DNA from: Octopus vulgaris
Lineage: Eukaryota
Assembly (NCBI GenBank): GCA_951406725.2
Contig: OX597834.1
Span: forward strand, 9,176,001-9,240,000
Direction: 5' to 3'
Length of the DNA stretch: 64,000 nt
How positions within the stretch are numbered: the stretch's first letter is position 1; each line of letters begins with the position of its first letter. Of the stretch, positions 38,232 through 51,681 are shown piece after piece. The position numbers were made by a program, and so were the translations under genes. The notes beneath the pieces were generated by a model. The model worked only from the letters and a program-made list of their open reading frames with translations. It did not search any database and was not told where the DNA came from.

Positions 38232-38290
38232 AATTGATGTCTGATCATTATAAATGGCGTGTACAAAGATCGCATAGACATAGATTATAA
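38232..38290 (+). CDS. Candidate terminal exon of the PAC-like locus
   Basis: Poly-T-ACAG acceptor, phase-compatible with the exon E donor. (E)LMSDHYKWRVQRSHRHRL* versus PAC EFAKLSIKWMIKIRKRYL. Confidence 0.45.
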
Positions 38291-38534
38291 GCCAACGTTA
38301 TATACATCATAGCACTAACGCTCGTAGTTTTTATTCCGTTGAGCCATACACCAACGCTCAAGATCATACGTATCATACATACAAAACTTATAGTTTCGTT
38401 ATCACATCGCATACATCAAACACTGACATCAAATCGTACCAAACACAAAGTCTAGTGGCGTTATGACTTCTTACACTATTTTTTAAAAACTTATGTTCCA
38501 TTGTAATACCTTTCTTAATTTGGATGCTACTATG

Positions 38535-38901
38535 CAGTGGTTAGGGCAGCGGACTCGCGGTCGTAGGATCGCGGTTTCGATTCCCAGACCGGGCGTTGTG
38601 AGTGTTTATTGAGCGAAAACTCCTAAAGCTCCACGAGGCTCCGGCAGGGATGGCGGTGATCCCTGCCGTACTCTTTCACCACAACTTTCTCTCATTCTTA
38701 CTTCCTGTTTCTGTTGTATCTGTATTTCAAAGGGCCGGCCTTGTCACTCTCTGTGTCACGCTGAATATCCCCGAGAACTACGTTAAGGGTGCACGTGTCT
38801 GTGGAGTGCTCAGCCACTTACACGTTAATTACACGAGCAGGCTGTTCCGTTGATCGGATCAACCGGAACCCTGGTCGTCGTAACCGACGGAGTGCTTCCA
38901 T
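38535..38901 (+). mobile_element. SINE-C1, slightly 5'-truncated
   Basis: Near-identical to 32934; TSD ACTATGCA. Confidence 0.93.
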
Positions 38902-38999
38902 CAACTATGCACATTATGTCACTCAAAATTTATATCACTGAATAAAACCGATAATGTTGATGCTTGAATAAGTGTTTCATTCTTATGAGCCTTTTATAA

Positions 39000-39165
39000 G
39001 AAGGTGAGATGGCGAAATATTTTGTTCGCCGAACGAAATGCTTTGCGGCATTTCTTTCAGCTTAACTGTCTTCAAACTCAGCAGAAGACGACTTTGCATT
39101 TTTTCGGTGTCGATGAAACAAATACCAGGTTCAATGTAATCGACTAACCCTTTCCCCATCAACAA
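39000..39165 (+). mobile_element. Very old B' SINE
   Basis: CGAAATGCTTTGCGGCATTTC...GACTTTGC...GTAATCGACT. Confidence 0.6.
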
Positions 39166-40597
39166 ATTGTGTTCCTTCTGTCTGCAACAGAAAGACTTAT
39201 AAGCTTGATCGATCAGCATTGGCCCAATGTGAAATAACAAACATAACCTTAGATTTTCGCAAACCAGGTAGAAAATACACAGAACTTTCCAGGCGTTATA
39301 TACAGAACTACATCAATGCAAACCATGAAAATATTGCTTCCATTGAACTCATGTTTTGAATAAACGAGAAAGAAGCCTGAGATCCTGGTTCAAATATTTT
39401 AGTTTCGAAACAGATAATTTAAAGATGTTGGCTACATGAGTTTTGGTGCTATATTAGTATGCAAATCCTATATTGGTTTACAAATTCTATATACAAACGT
39501 TACAACATAACAGTAAAATATTCGAGTCAAAGTTGGATCCTGATATAAATACTAGACAAATATTCCTCCCTCAACTATTGCTTCCTGGCATGAAATGTAA
39601 TGTAGTTAAATTAAGTATTAGAGTTCGAGATACGTTATATCCGAATAAAACATGGGGATCGTCAGGGTTGAAACGCCTGTAGTTATGTATCTGCCTATTT
39701 AATTTAGCTTGGAGCAAGTCGACACCAGTACAATTTTTGTAGTCGTAACTGATATCCCACACGGATTATTTCTACAGGAATTGTGTAAAAATTATATAAC
39801 TCCAAATTGATAAAACAGATGCCAATTAAAATCTGTTTACTGTATATTTTCAGTGACCTTAACTACTGCTCAAACAGGGAGCGTTTGATTGTTACTTCTG
39901 TTTGCTAGGAACGACAGCTGAATCTCTTTCATATCACACCTTGTGAAAAGACGAAGTTAAAGTCATGGCAGGAATATCTTTGATTACGGGACTCCATGAT
40001 CAATGATAACCTGGGGTGAAGCAGCGAAAATCAGATTTCTATACACGTGGGGGCCACCTATTTAGAGCGAACTGGCACAAAGCAATTAAAATTATGTAAT
40101 CTGTTTAGGTCACTGACATAACAATCTTTTGAATGGCTGGTCACTTTTCCGAAACTCTTCGTAAATTGACCAGATGTCGCTTAATATATTGATCTGATAG
40201 TATTATATTTGCTGTAGATTCTGTTATTGTTATTGGTCTTCTTTATGAACAAAGAATTTTGCTCTCTGCGAAGTTTTCCAAAGGATGTGTAAAAGGTTAA
40301 GATCCTGCTCTGACGACAATCGTATGTTGCAGCACATGTTGTTGACACGTGATAACTAATCGGCCAAGCAGGAAAGAATAAATAATAAAACATAGAAATA
40401 ACACTGAAAAAAAAAATATCTAATAATATAGTTTCTGGAGGTGTAAAATTTAGAAATTATTGTAGATAATTCCAGAACAAAAGACGTTAGTGCAACATCT
40501 CACAGCCAATATCTGCATTAAAGTGTCAGAGTGTTACAAACACGCAATCATGGTTTCGGTTAGGATAAAGTTATTCCTAGAAAAGATTTTGTCGCTG

Positions 40598-40762
40598 CTA
40601 TCATCATCATCGTCACCATCATCAACGTCGAAATCGTATTCATCATCGTCATCATCGTCATTATCATCATCATCGTCGACATCATCATCGACATCATCAG
40701 CATCATCGTCATCATCGTCGTTATCATCGTCGTTATCGTCGTCGTCGTCATCGTCGTCGTCA

Positions 40763-40800
<38 letters not shown>

Positions 40801-41400
40801 GTCGTCATCGTCATCATCATCATCGTCATCATCATCGTCGTCATCATCATCGTCGACATCATCGTCATCATCGTCATCATTGTCATCATCACCATCGTCA
40901 TCATCATCGCCATCATCGTCGTCATCATCATCGCCATCATCGTCGTCATCATCATCGCCATCATCGTCATCATCATCATTGTCATCATCACCATCGTCAT
41001 CATTATCGCCATCATCGTCGTCATCATCATCGCCATCATCGTCGTCATCATCATCGTCATCATCATTGTCATCATCATCATCGTCATCATCATCAACCTC
41101 ATTATAATCATCGTCGACATCATCGTCATCATCATCGTCATCATCGTCATCATCATCGTCGTCATCATCACCATCACCATTATCATCGTCATCAACATCA
41201 TCGTCATCATCATCATGATCATCATCATCGTAATCATAGTCAACATCACCATCATCTTCTTATCACCACCACATCGCGTTCGTCGTCATTCTCCCAATCA
41301 ACCTCATCATCAACGGCAGCAGCAGTAGCAGAAGAAGCAGCAGTGACAGCAGCAGCAGCAACAGTATCCGCAGAGATATCATCATCATCATCATCGTTAT
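40598..41400. repeat. Long (TCA/TCG)n trinucleotide array
   Basis: About 650 bp continuous, with 21-bp higher-order units (TCGCCATCATCGTCGTCATCA). Confidence 0.95.
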
Positions 41401-41540
41401 TCTCCATTACTATTATTGGCGTCGGTCTTATTCTTTTTACCATTATTATTTTCTTGCTATGCTATTGTTATAATTCTCGTTTAAAAAAATATTCTTATAA
41501 TTTTATTTAGATTATTACTACAGCCAGCAGCAACAGTGGT

Positions 41541-41793
41541 AGCTCAGGTTTGTAAGGGAAATAACTATAAAGCATTTTTAGAGAGTTATAGGCAAAAAAA
41601 TGGGGGAAAATGATGGTAAATTTTTTTGAGAGTTAAAAAGGTGGAGTTGCGTCCCCTAGACGGTCTGTGGTTTGGGTTTCTGATTCTCGACCCCATGTCG
41701 AATTTATCGATTTAAGCCGTGGTCAGGGTGAGGGTACGAGAAAACAGACACACAGAAAACGCACAGACAAACTGCCGTTTATATAGAGAGAGA
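41541..41793 (-). mobile_element. Helitron-like element, 3'-truncated, flanked by a 36-bp direct repeat
   Basis: 5' TCTCTCTCTATATAAA; 3' part matches the 11788 family (TAACTCTCTAAAAATGC...TTCCCTTACAAACC). Confidence 0.75.
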
Positions 41794-42366
41794 TTTAGAT
41801 TATTACTACAGCCAGCAGCAACAGTGGTGGTGATAGTAGTTGTAGTAGTAGTGGTGGTGGTGCTGTTGGGTGTATTATTAGTTGTGGTGGTTGAGTGATG
41901 GCGGTTGTTATGGACGTAGTGGGTGATGTTATTGTTACAGTTTTGTTGTTGGTGTTGTTGTGATGGTGGTGGTGGTGGAAATATTTTCCGGAATTATTAC
42001 ATTTCGACTGATATGTCCCCCCCTTGTCGAATATTTCGTGATAAGCACTTAACTTGTTGAAGATAGGAAAGAGAACAGTCGTAAATCAGATGAGAAATTA
42101 AGTCCGTCCAAATACGAAATAATGTCCAGAGTCATTTTATTTTTGTTTCTTTCAAAGTTTCTTTCCCGATAATTATATATATATGCACTCAAACGCACAT
42201 CTTGTCACACACACACACACAAACACACACATGCATATGCACACTTACATAAATATATATATCTACACGGAGAAACATGTGTAGACGAGAGTAACACAAA
42301 TATATAGTAACATTACTAATTCTAAACAAACTTGAAAACATATAGAAATACACAAACAAATATACA

Positions 42367-42575
42367 AGGCGCAGGAATGGCTGTTTGGTAAGTAGCTTGT
42401 TTACCAACCACATGGTTCCGGGTTCAATCCCACTGCGTGGCATCTTGGGCAAGATATATATAGCCTCGGGCCGACCAAAGACTTGTGAGTGGACTTTGTA
42501 GATGGAAACTGTAAGAACCCCGTCGTATATATGTATATATATATATATATATATGTGTGTTTGTGTCTGTGTATA
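42367..42575 (+). mobile_element. SINE-A 5' half
   Basis: Head through the internal (TA)n. Confidence 0.88.
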
Positions 42576-42669
42576 ACATCACAAATTTCCACAAACATTT
42601 TTTCTTGCCATAGACACGGGCCAGACATAGCTACGTAGTGAAGAAACTCAATTTAGACCCGCGTATATA

Positions 42670-42705
<36 letters not shown>

Positions 42706-42729
42706 ACAAATAAAAATATTAAAAGATCA

Positions 42730-42856
42730 AACCACATGGTTCCGGGTTCAGTCCCACTGCGTGGCACCTTGGGCAAGTGTCTTCTACTATAGCCTCGGGC
42801 CGACCAAAGCGTTCTGAGTGGATTTGGTAGACGAAAACTGAAAGAAGCCCATCGTA

Positions 42857-42904
<48 letters not shown>

Positions 42905-43029
42905 GTGTGTGTGTGTGTGCGTTTGTTTGTGTGTCTGTGTTTGTCCCCCTAGCATTGCTTGACAACCGATGCTGGTGTGTTTATGTCTCCGTCACTTAGC
43001 GGTTCCGCAAAAAGAGACCGATAGAATAG
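42730..43029 (+). mobile_element. SINE-A, truncated at both ends
   Basis: ACCACATGGTTCCGGG...GAGACCGATAGAATA. Confidence 0.9.
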
Positions 43030-43443
43030 AAAGCACACTTCCAGAAGTTGAACACCATTTAGAATATTCCACGAAGTAAAAATTTGCGCATGAACAGCAT
43101 AGATACTAAACAATAACAAGAAAATATATTGGAATACTTAGAAAGATCATAATGATGGAATGAAAGCAGATCGGTGAATACATTTATAGAAAAGAAAGTG
43201 GTATGAATATTCCAGGAATATATTCACTAAAATAGACGGAATAACATGCGCGTATGCAACAATCAAACTACATAGCATGAAAGTACGTAGCAATACGTAT
43301 GAAAATTCAGAAGCGCATAATAAAATGAAGGAAGTAACAGCTGATAGGGGCGAACATCTATAGAAAAGAATGTGGACACAATTTAAAATATTTCACGAAT
43401 GTATTCACCCAAATACAAAATATATGTTGTTTTTATACACAAC

Positions 43444-43845
43444 CAGGAGTGGCTGTGTGGTAAGTAGCTTGCTAACCAACCACATGGTTCCGGGTACAGT
43501 CCCACTGCGTGGCATCTTGGGCAAGTGTCTTCTGCTAAAGCCCCGGGCCGACCAATGCCTTGTGAGTGGATTTGGTAGACGGAAACTGAAAGAAGCCTGT
43601 CGTATATATGTATGTATATGTATGTGTGTGTTTGTGTGTCTGTGTTTGTCCCCCTAGCATTGCTTGACAACCGATGCTGGTGTGTTTACTTCCCCGTCAC
43701 TTAGCGGTTTGGCAAAAAGAAACCGATAGAATAAGTACTGGGCTTACAAAGAATAAGTCCCGGGGTCGATTTGCTCGACTAAAAGGCGGTGCTTCAGCAT
43801 GGCCACAGTCAAATGACTGAAACAAGTAAAAGAGTAAAAGAGTAA
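43444..43845 (+). mobile_element. SINE-A, full length
   Basis: Ends (TAAAAGAG)2. Confidence 0.93.
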
Positions 43846-44095
43846 GCAAAACACTAAGAATCCTGAAATGATACCTGGAAAAGTCACATTTAGGTGACGA
43901 ATTTGCAGAATTCTAAAACAAAAGCATGCCTTGTGGTATTTATGCTTTGGTGTTTGCTTTCTGAATTTAAATGAGACGTAGGGCAAATTTCTATTTCTTT
44001 TATCTGAGCTGGCAGATAGCTGCATTCTAGGTGATATTTCGTTGCATTTCATATCATGCATACATGCATTTGTGTGTGTGTGTGGGGGGGGATAT

Positions 44096-44467
44096 GTGGA
44101 AGCACTCCGTCGGTTACGACGACGAGGGTTCCGGTTGAACAGCCTGCTCGTGAAATTAACGTGTAAGTGGCTGAGCACTCCACAGACACGTTTACCCTTA
44201 ACGTAGTTCTCGGGGATATTCAGCGTGACACAGAGAGTGACAAGGCCGGCCATTTGAAATAAAGGTACAACAGAAACAGGAAGTAAGAGTGAGAGAAAGT
44301 TGTGGTGAAAGAGTACAGCAGGGATCACTACCATCCCCTGCCGGAGCCTCGTGGAGTTTTAGGTGTTTTCGCTCAATAAACACTCACAACGCCCGGTCTG
44401 GGAATCGAAACCGCGATCCTACGACCGCGAGTCTGCTGCCCTAACCACTTGGCCATTGCGCCTCCAT
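44096..44467 (-). mobile_element. SINE-C1, full length
   Basis: Reverse complement of 32934. Confidence 0.94.
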
Positions 44468-44804
44468 TGTGATATAGATGTATAGTTACATCTGAGGGTA
44501 AGGAACTGACATCGGTGGGACAGCATTGATTTACGAGAGGAGAATGGCAAATCATTTGAGTTCATTGAGGACGAACACAAAAGGTTCCAAAAAGGGCCTC
44601 AGCAAATTAATCTAGTCTTTCAAGAACAGTTAATTTGTTCCATACAGACCTGGAACACATAGATTTCTCTTATGTTTAGAAGAATTTTGCAGGATTATCA
44701 CATCATAGGGTAACGTAATAAATTCTAGACAGGAGCAAGCATGGAATTGGTTGCGCATGAAGACATTTATATTTGTCAAATATAACTCAGCAATTAACAT
44801 ATAT

Positions 44805-45271
<467 letters not shown>

Positions 45272-45590
45272 TATACTATACAAGGTTTTAAAATGATGGA
45301 CTGAAAATTATTACCCTTTAAGAACATTACATAGATATTGCTTACGTTTGACTTAAGGGAAAAATCTACATTATACAACGGCGAGTTTATAACAGAACAT
45401 CACTGGACAGCCATACCGAGGGATATCAACTTAAGACCCTGATTAGACTGCACCGTTTTATGATGGGGTTGCAATTGCAACGATTACTACTCGGTGTAAT
45501 TGAAAAATCTTGGCCTTAAAAGGCGGTATATATTTATAGAATTAAAGGTAATGATATGGTTACTTCAGAGTAATACTTATTTTTAATATT

Positions 45591-45649
<59 letters not shown>

Positions 45650-45650
<1 letters not shown>

Positions 45651-45842
45651 GGAGAGTTTACGAAAAAAGGCAAAAGACGAAGACAGGTGGTGTACAATAC
45701 AAACAGATGTATTAGTATAACGCTCAGGAATAGGAAAAGTCTTTTAGGTATCGAGCCTACGCTCTTCTACAGAAAGGGACACAGAAAAAAAAGGAGAGAA
45801 ACAAGGGGAGAAAAATGTGTGTAGCGGCTAATGATCTATCAT
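45650..45842 (-). mobile_element. Penelope-like terminus in (TA)n with decayed hammerhead motif (45741-45776)
   Basis: CTTT-CTGTAGA-AGAGC-GTAG-GCTC-GATAC-CTA-AAAG; shares ACGCTCAGGAA context with the 6741-6950 element. Confidence 0.55.
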
Positions 45843-45893
45843 ACATATACATATATAGGTAAATACATATATACGTTTTTTTGTATATAAGGA

Positions 45894-45960
<67 letters not shown>

Positions 45961-45964
45961 AAGT

Positions 45965-46400
45965 ATGTAATAAGATGAGAGAATAGAAAGATAAGGTAAT
46001 TAATATTAAATAAAATATTGTCAATCATCCCTTACAGCTGTTTCATGTTTCAGAAAATAAAGTAATTAAATTTGAATGTCGAATTTCTTCAGGGGTAGAT
46101 AAAAGTACACAAAATATGTGTTCCATTTTCTCACGTTGAGTAAACAGCAGCAAACCATTATCTTTTAACGGTTTGCAGACGTATATTCAACATGAGCAAA
46201 TTGGATACCTAATTTGTATACATTTATCTACTTCTGAAGAGATTCGACTTTGAAATAATTTTCAATTTAAATAAATTTTCTGAGACTCTTAAAACAAGCA
46301 GCTGTAAGAGATGTTTCTCAACTTATTAATAAATAATAATTTGTTAATTACTTTAATATTATAATCAATACAATATACACCACGGTTTATATAGTAACAT
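45965..46400. mobile_element. Penelope-like inverted terminus
   Basis: CCCTTACAGCTGTTTC (46029) is inverted relative to CAGCTGTAAGAG (46299); CTGAAGAG at 46234. Confidence 0.4.
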
Positions 46401-46526
46401 TGCTGTGGAGCATTAAATAGGATGTTCGATTCCCTCTGTATAAGTACTTAACCAGTACTTTCATAGGGTCTTCCTATCCCTGAATGAGGTGTATAACATT
46501 TAATTGTGCTTATATACATATATATA

Positions 46527-46843
46527 AGACCGGGCGTTGTGAGTGTTTATTGAGCGAAAACACCTAAAGCTCCACGAGGCTCCGGCAAGGGATGGTGGTG
46601 ATCCCTGCTGTACTCTTTCACCACAACTTTCTCTCACTCTTACTTCCTGTTTCTGTTGTACCTGTATTTCAAGGGGCCGGCCTTGTCACTCTCTGTGTCA
46701 CGCTGAATATCCCCGAGAACTACGTTAAGGGTGCACGTGTCTGTGGAGTGCTCAGCCACTTACACGTTAATTTCACGAGCAGGCTGTTCCGTTGATTCGG
46801 ATCAACCGGAACCCTCCTCGTCGTGACCGACGGAGGGCTTCCT
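46527..46843 (+). mobile_element. SINE-C1, 5'-truncated, in (TA)n
   Basis: Body near-identical to other C1 copies. Confidence 0.92.
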
Positions 46844-46845
46844 TC

Positions 46846-47200
46846 CTATATATATATGTGTGTGTATATGTATGTGTGTATATGTATGTGTATGTATATG
46901 TGTGTGTATATGTATGTGTATATGTATATATGTATGTGTGTGTGTACATGTATATATGTATGTGTGTGTACATGTATATATGTATGTGTGTACATGTATA
47001 TATGTATGCGTGTGTACATGTATATGTGTATGTGTGAATATATATATGTATATAAATATATATATGTAAGTGTGTGTATATATATACATATATGTATGTG
47101 TGTATATATGTATGTGTGTGTGTATATATATATATATGTATATATGCATGTATATATATATATATATATGTGTGTGTGTACAATATAATCTATGTATATA
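46846..47200. repeat. (TA)n/(TG)n microsatellite
   Basis: Seen directly. Confidence 0.95.
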
Positions 47201-47649
47201 TACCCTCCTAATTCCGTCCATTTGATCTCTAAACATATTTTTCTCATTTCTTTTTTCTTCCTTCTTCGTCTCATGTTTTCGGTAAACTTCAACTATAACA
47301 TAGGAATAATTCATCTTGTCCGCTGGAATGGCTAAACTGCTTCAACGTCGAAGGCGATGTTTTTGTTATTATTTCTTGTTCTGAATTCAAACGCTACCGC
47401 GTTTCGAGAATACGGATGTATTTTAAACTCTGCTGAATTTGCGAACACTAACAACACCAGAACTGCAGGGACTTTTGTGCATTTTTGCCGGTATCGTCCC
47501 AATTACAAGAATTTAGGTTAATTGTTCTGTTTCAATGTTAATTGTTCTGATCAAAGTACGGCTTCATCAACATTGACCCTTTTTCTTTAATTGACAAAAA
47601 TATTACACAAACTCAAATAATTACATTCTGAATGCTATATACATATACG

Positions 47650-47945
47650 TGGAGGCGCAATGGTCTAGTGGTTAGTGCAGCGGACTCGCGGTCGTAGGAT
47701 CGCGGTTTCGATTCCCAGACCGGGCGTTGTGAGTGTTTATTGAGCGAAAACACCTAAAAAGTTCCACGAGGCTCCGGCAGAGGGTGGTAATCCCTACTGT
47801 ACTCTTTCACCACACTTTCTCCCACATTTTCTTCTGTTGGCCTGTTCGCTTAGCCAGCGGAGTGGCGTCATTCGAAGGCTAAAACAATGCGAACGCATTG
47901 TGACCAGCGATGTGTAACAACATCTGACGGTCTGCTCGGTCACGT
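47650..47945 (+). mobile_element. SINE-C2
   Basis: C head plus C2 tail, uninterrupted. Confidence 0.92.
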
Positions 47946-48913
47946 GTATATACATATACAGTGTCATTCTACAAACACTTCGAATTAATTCAATAAGCCA
48001 ACAAATACAAACACTGACACACAAGCAGATATATTAAGCAATAAATAAATAAAGATATTCCTTTACACTTAAACACAGAAATACTTAGCAAGATGCCGCA
48101 AAGTTTACAACGCTTTCCTTGTGTTAACTTGCTTTGCTTCGTTGTGTTTCTTGGTACAAATATCGTCTACATGTAGAACGGAGACGATATAGGAGCAGCT
48201 GTCATCTTACAATAGCAATGGGAAATATATATTTATGAGTTGATATCCCTATAGCATTTTGCCAAACATTCCATACTGTAGTAACGCTAGGTCATTACTT
48301 CGTATCAGTATGTCAGATGGCAAACTTCCAGGTCGAAGCTCGTTGATTTCAAACCATATATATATATGTTGTTATATAGGTAGTTATATATAGTTATATT
48401 TTTCTGTGAAGCACATACAGCTCTTAGAAGTGCTCAGGTTGAACCTGGACATTGAACAGTTACAATAAATTAAATGGAAAACGTTCAAGTAAGGCAAACA
48501 ACAATGAACACGTGTGTATGAATTTAATTAAGATAAAAGCCATATATATATATATATATATATATGTATAAATATATATATATAGAGAGAGAGAGATTGG
48601 TAGATAGATGCAACATTATCATAGAAGCGTTACTCAGACTTCACGTGCACGTTAGTCGGATAATTGTGATGAATATTCAAAAGTATATATATCTGTATAT
48701 ACAAACTAAAATTAATGATAAAATCTATATGTAATTTTATCAAATAGCTACCATTTAACCTTACATCTATGTTCGTCTATACACTTTTAACTAGTAGCCA
48801 TGATAACTTTCCCAACATATCTTGATATATATTATGAAGCCATGAGATATGTCTTTATAACAATATGGTATATTTCGAGAAATCCTTTTATCATCGAGAT
48901 AAGTTGTTCTCAT

Positions 48914-48966
<53 letters not shown>

Positions 48967-49644
48967 AGAGGGGATGGAGAGACAATAGATGTACATAGAG
49001 GTATCAATACTTCTGATTTTCTCGTATCTATATGAAAATAGTATTCAATTAGATATGACGGGTTATCGATAAGGCATAGTGCCAGGATTCATTTTATAAT
49101 AAGAAGAAATATACTAAATTCTAAGGTTCGATATCAATACGACGTCGATAAGAAATCCATTTTGTTATAAATAGAACAGTTTGTACTTTTGCATAGCAGT
49201 AATCTTTCAGAATATTTCCTCATAGTCACATATTCTACATACAAAATTGGGAAATTATGCACTAGTTTGAGTGAGAGCAAGAAGTTAATTCATCTTAATT
49301 TTGACCTTTAATGAAGAGTTTGTTATTGGCAAAATTGAGAAGTGTTGGAGAAACAAATTGATTTAAAACTAAACGAGGACAAACTGCGTAGAAGACATTT
49401 GAGGTTATAGATATTTCATTGCTGATAAAATCCTCCCTCTGATAAATTCCGTCCTGGTTTATTGTAAAGCGAGATATATCAGTAGCTAACACTAGATGAT
49501 AGTTTTAGCTAATATGATGAACAGATATGAAATATGGAACGTTTCATAAATCAAACTCGACTTTCGCTTCAGTATAATTCTAATAATTCTTGAAATAGAC
49601 ATCTTCCGCTTTGATGTGAAAGAACATATTTCAAGAAATAACCT

Positions 49645-49719
49645 CGCTCTCTCTCCCTCATTCTCTTTCTCTGTGTGTGTGTGTATATATATATATATAC
49701 ATACATACACACACACACA

Positions 49720-49781
<62 letters not shown>

Positions 49782-49874
49782 CACATACATACACACACAC
49801 ACACACACACATATATGTATATATATATATATATACATACACACACACACACACATAAATATATATGTATATAT

Positions 49875-49915
<41 letters not shown>
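49645..49915. repeat. (CA)n/(TA)n microsatellite
   Basis: Seen directly. Confidence 0.95.
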
Positions 49916-49916
<1 letters not shown>

Positions 49917-50354
49917 CATATAAGTTGAAAACGCACTAGGATTCCTTTAGGTGTTTCATTAATATTTTTTTTTTTTTAATTTAACAAATTAACAAAGATT
50001 TCTCTGAAGTTGTGACAGAGAAGTTTTTTATATACAGAACATAGCTCAGTATCTGTTTTGGATATGAACTGATTGGCCGACGACGATCACATTATTTGCT
50101 TTTACAATATTTTGTTAGTTTCCCGCTATATCATGTAACTATAAATTCTGCACTGAAAATTAAGGTTGACAAGGATTTTTTTTTTTTCTATGCGCGCTCG
50201 ATATTTATATGATGCTAGCTTAAAATGTTATACGTCAGTTCTTGGCAATCAAATTTATTACTGGAAAACATGACTTCCACTTTTATAGATGTAAAACAGC
50301 AGCGACAACAAAACAAATTGTGATGTTTATTTGTAATATTGATGGAAGGAGCAA

Positions 50355-50939
50355 GTGAAAGTCATCGACCCTGTACTCAGAGGGGGCGTGCAAATTATAA
50401 ACGAAATAGCACTTGTGGCGCATCTTGTCGACCACCACTAGGTCCCGTCTGTTAGACTCTAGCACCTGATGTATTTGGACTGGGAAATCCCAGAAGATTT
50501 CGCTGGTATCCGACTTCGCCACCTTCTGCGGTTTGTGCTCATAACAAGTTTTGCGTTTCTCTAGCTTCTACTTTTTGCACAGTTTACAATGTAGGTCTTT
50601 CGCTACCTGATCGTGTCCCCACAACTTGTAGTGGTTTTGGGAAAGTTTAGGGGATTCGTTTGCAATATGAGCAATAGTTTCATTCACTGTATTACAGATG
50701 CGGCACAGAGGAGACACTAGTTCCAAAGTTTCACTCTCCAGTTCCAGGCCAGATCTTGGCCTTCCGCTGCTAGGATAGCGCTCTCAGTCACTTTATTAGT
50801 GTTCCTTTATTCAGCCAAACCCACGTACTTTTTTCCAGCAACTTCCATTATGGTTACATGGAATTGATTTGTGGTCCTTTGTTGCATACTCTTTTTCTCT
50901 TTAAACTCTTTTACTTGTTTCAGTCATTTGACACACACA

Positions 50940-50977
<38 letters not shown>

Positions 50978-51632
50978 TATACAGTATATACGACTGGGCT
51001 TCTTGGTCTTGTGCTGCTAGTACAGCGCTCTCACGTCACTTTATTAGGCTTTGGTCGGCCCGACCCTATAGTAGAAGACATTTGCCAAGGTGCCACGCAT
51101 TGTGATTAATGGAATTGATTTGTGGTCCTTTGTTGCATAATATTTCTTCGTGTCCTTTTTGTACTTCTTTCGTTTTTCTTTACCTTTTTCTTCTTTCAAT
51201 ATTCCCTTGTTCCTAACTGACAATCCCTAGGTTTTCTTACCTCCCGCTAGGTGTCTCATTAAGCTGTCAAGTTCGACTCGTACACAGCTCTTCCACCCTT
51301 ATCAGTCCTCTTCATGCAGTTGCTCTCTTAATGTATAGACGTCTGTGCATGCACGTGGATGACGGGCTTCATGCATCGTTAGGAGCTTTCTTTACTTCCT
51401 CTGCATCTCCTTTAGCTCCTCCTCTGTCAACCGCACTACTGAAACTGCACGCGAGTTTATTGCCGAAATTATATTTCTCACATCCAGCTTCGAACCCAGT
51501 ATTTGTCTCACACGCAGCAGGTACTCTCCTCTTCTCTCTAACTTCATATCGTTTTGTTTAATTCCATCTGCCTCAAGTTTTGTCGGGTATTTATAGCTGG
51601 ATTGAGCTTGAATTTGCCTCCATCCTCTCACC
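50355..51632 (-). mobile_element. R4/Dong-type (RLE) LINE relic
   Basis: YKY..LEADGIK...RVRQILGSKL..RNIISAINSRAVSVVR (RT C-terminal region), SPLCRIC...ETIAHI zinc knuckle, IFWDFPVQ...NRRDLVVVDK (restriction-like endonuclease). Confidence 0.85.
50889..51105 (-). mobile_element. Rearranged SINE-A nested in the LINE, 31-bp TSD
   Basis: ATGGAATTGATTTGTGGTCCTTTGTTGCATA at 50858-50888 and 51109-51139. Confidence 0.88.
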
Positions 51633-51681
51633 TATTATTACTATTATTATTATTATTGTTGTTATTATTATTATTATTATT

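Larger units (their letters stand above)
1315..38290 (+). pseudogene. Candidate multi-exon PAC/TMEM206-like (ASIC/ENaC-fold) channel locus, 3' part; apparently disrupted or mis-assembled
   Basis: Five to six AG/GT-bounded segments in colinear order translate to peptides resembling successive regions of human PACC1 (sequence recalled from memory). Lesions: -1 in an A6 run at 26221-26226, TAA at 37612-37614, stops in 1315-1421. Confidence 0.5.

Noticed and set aside
40490-41255. 205-aa poly-Ser and 231-aa poly-Met/Thr ORFs
   Set aside because: Open only because of the trinucleotide repeat; no domain or splice support.
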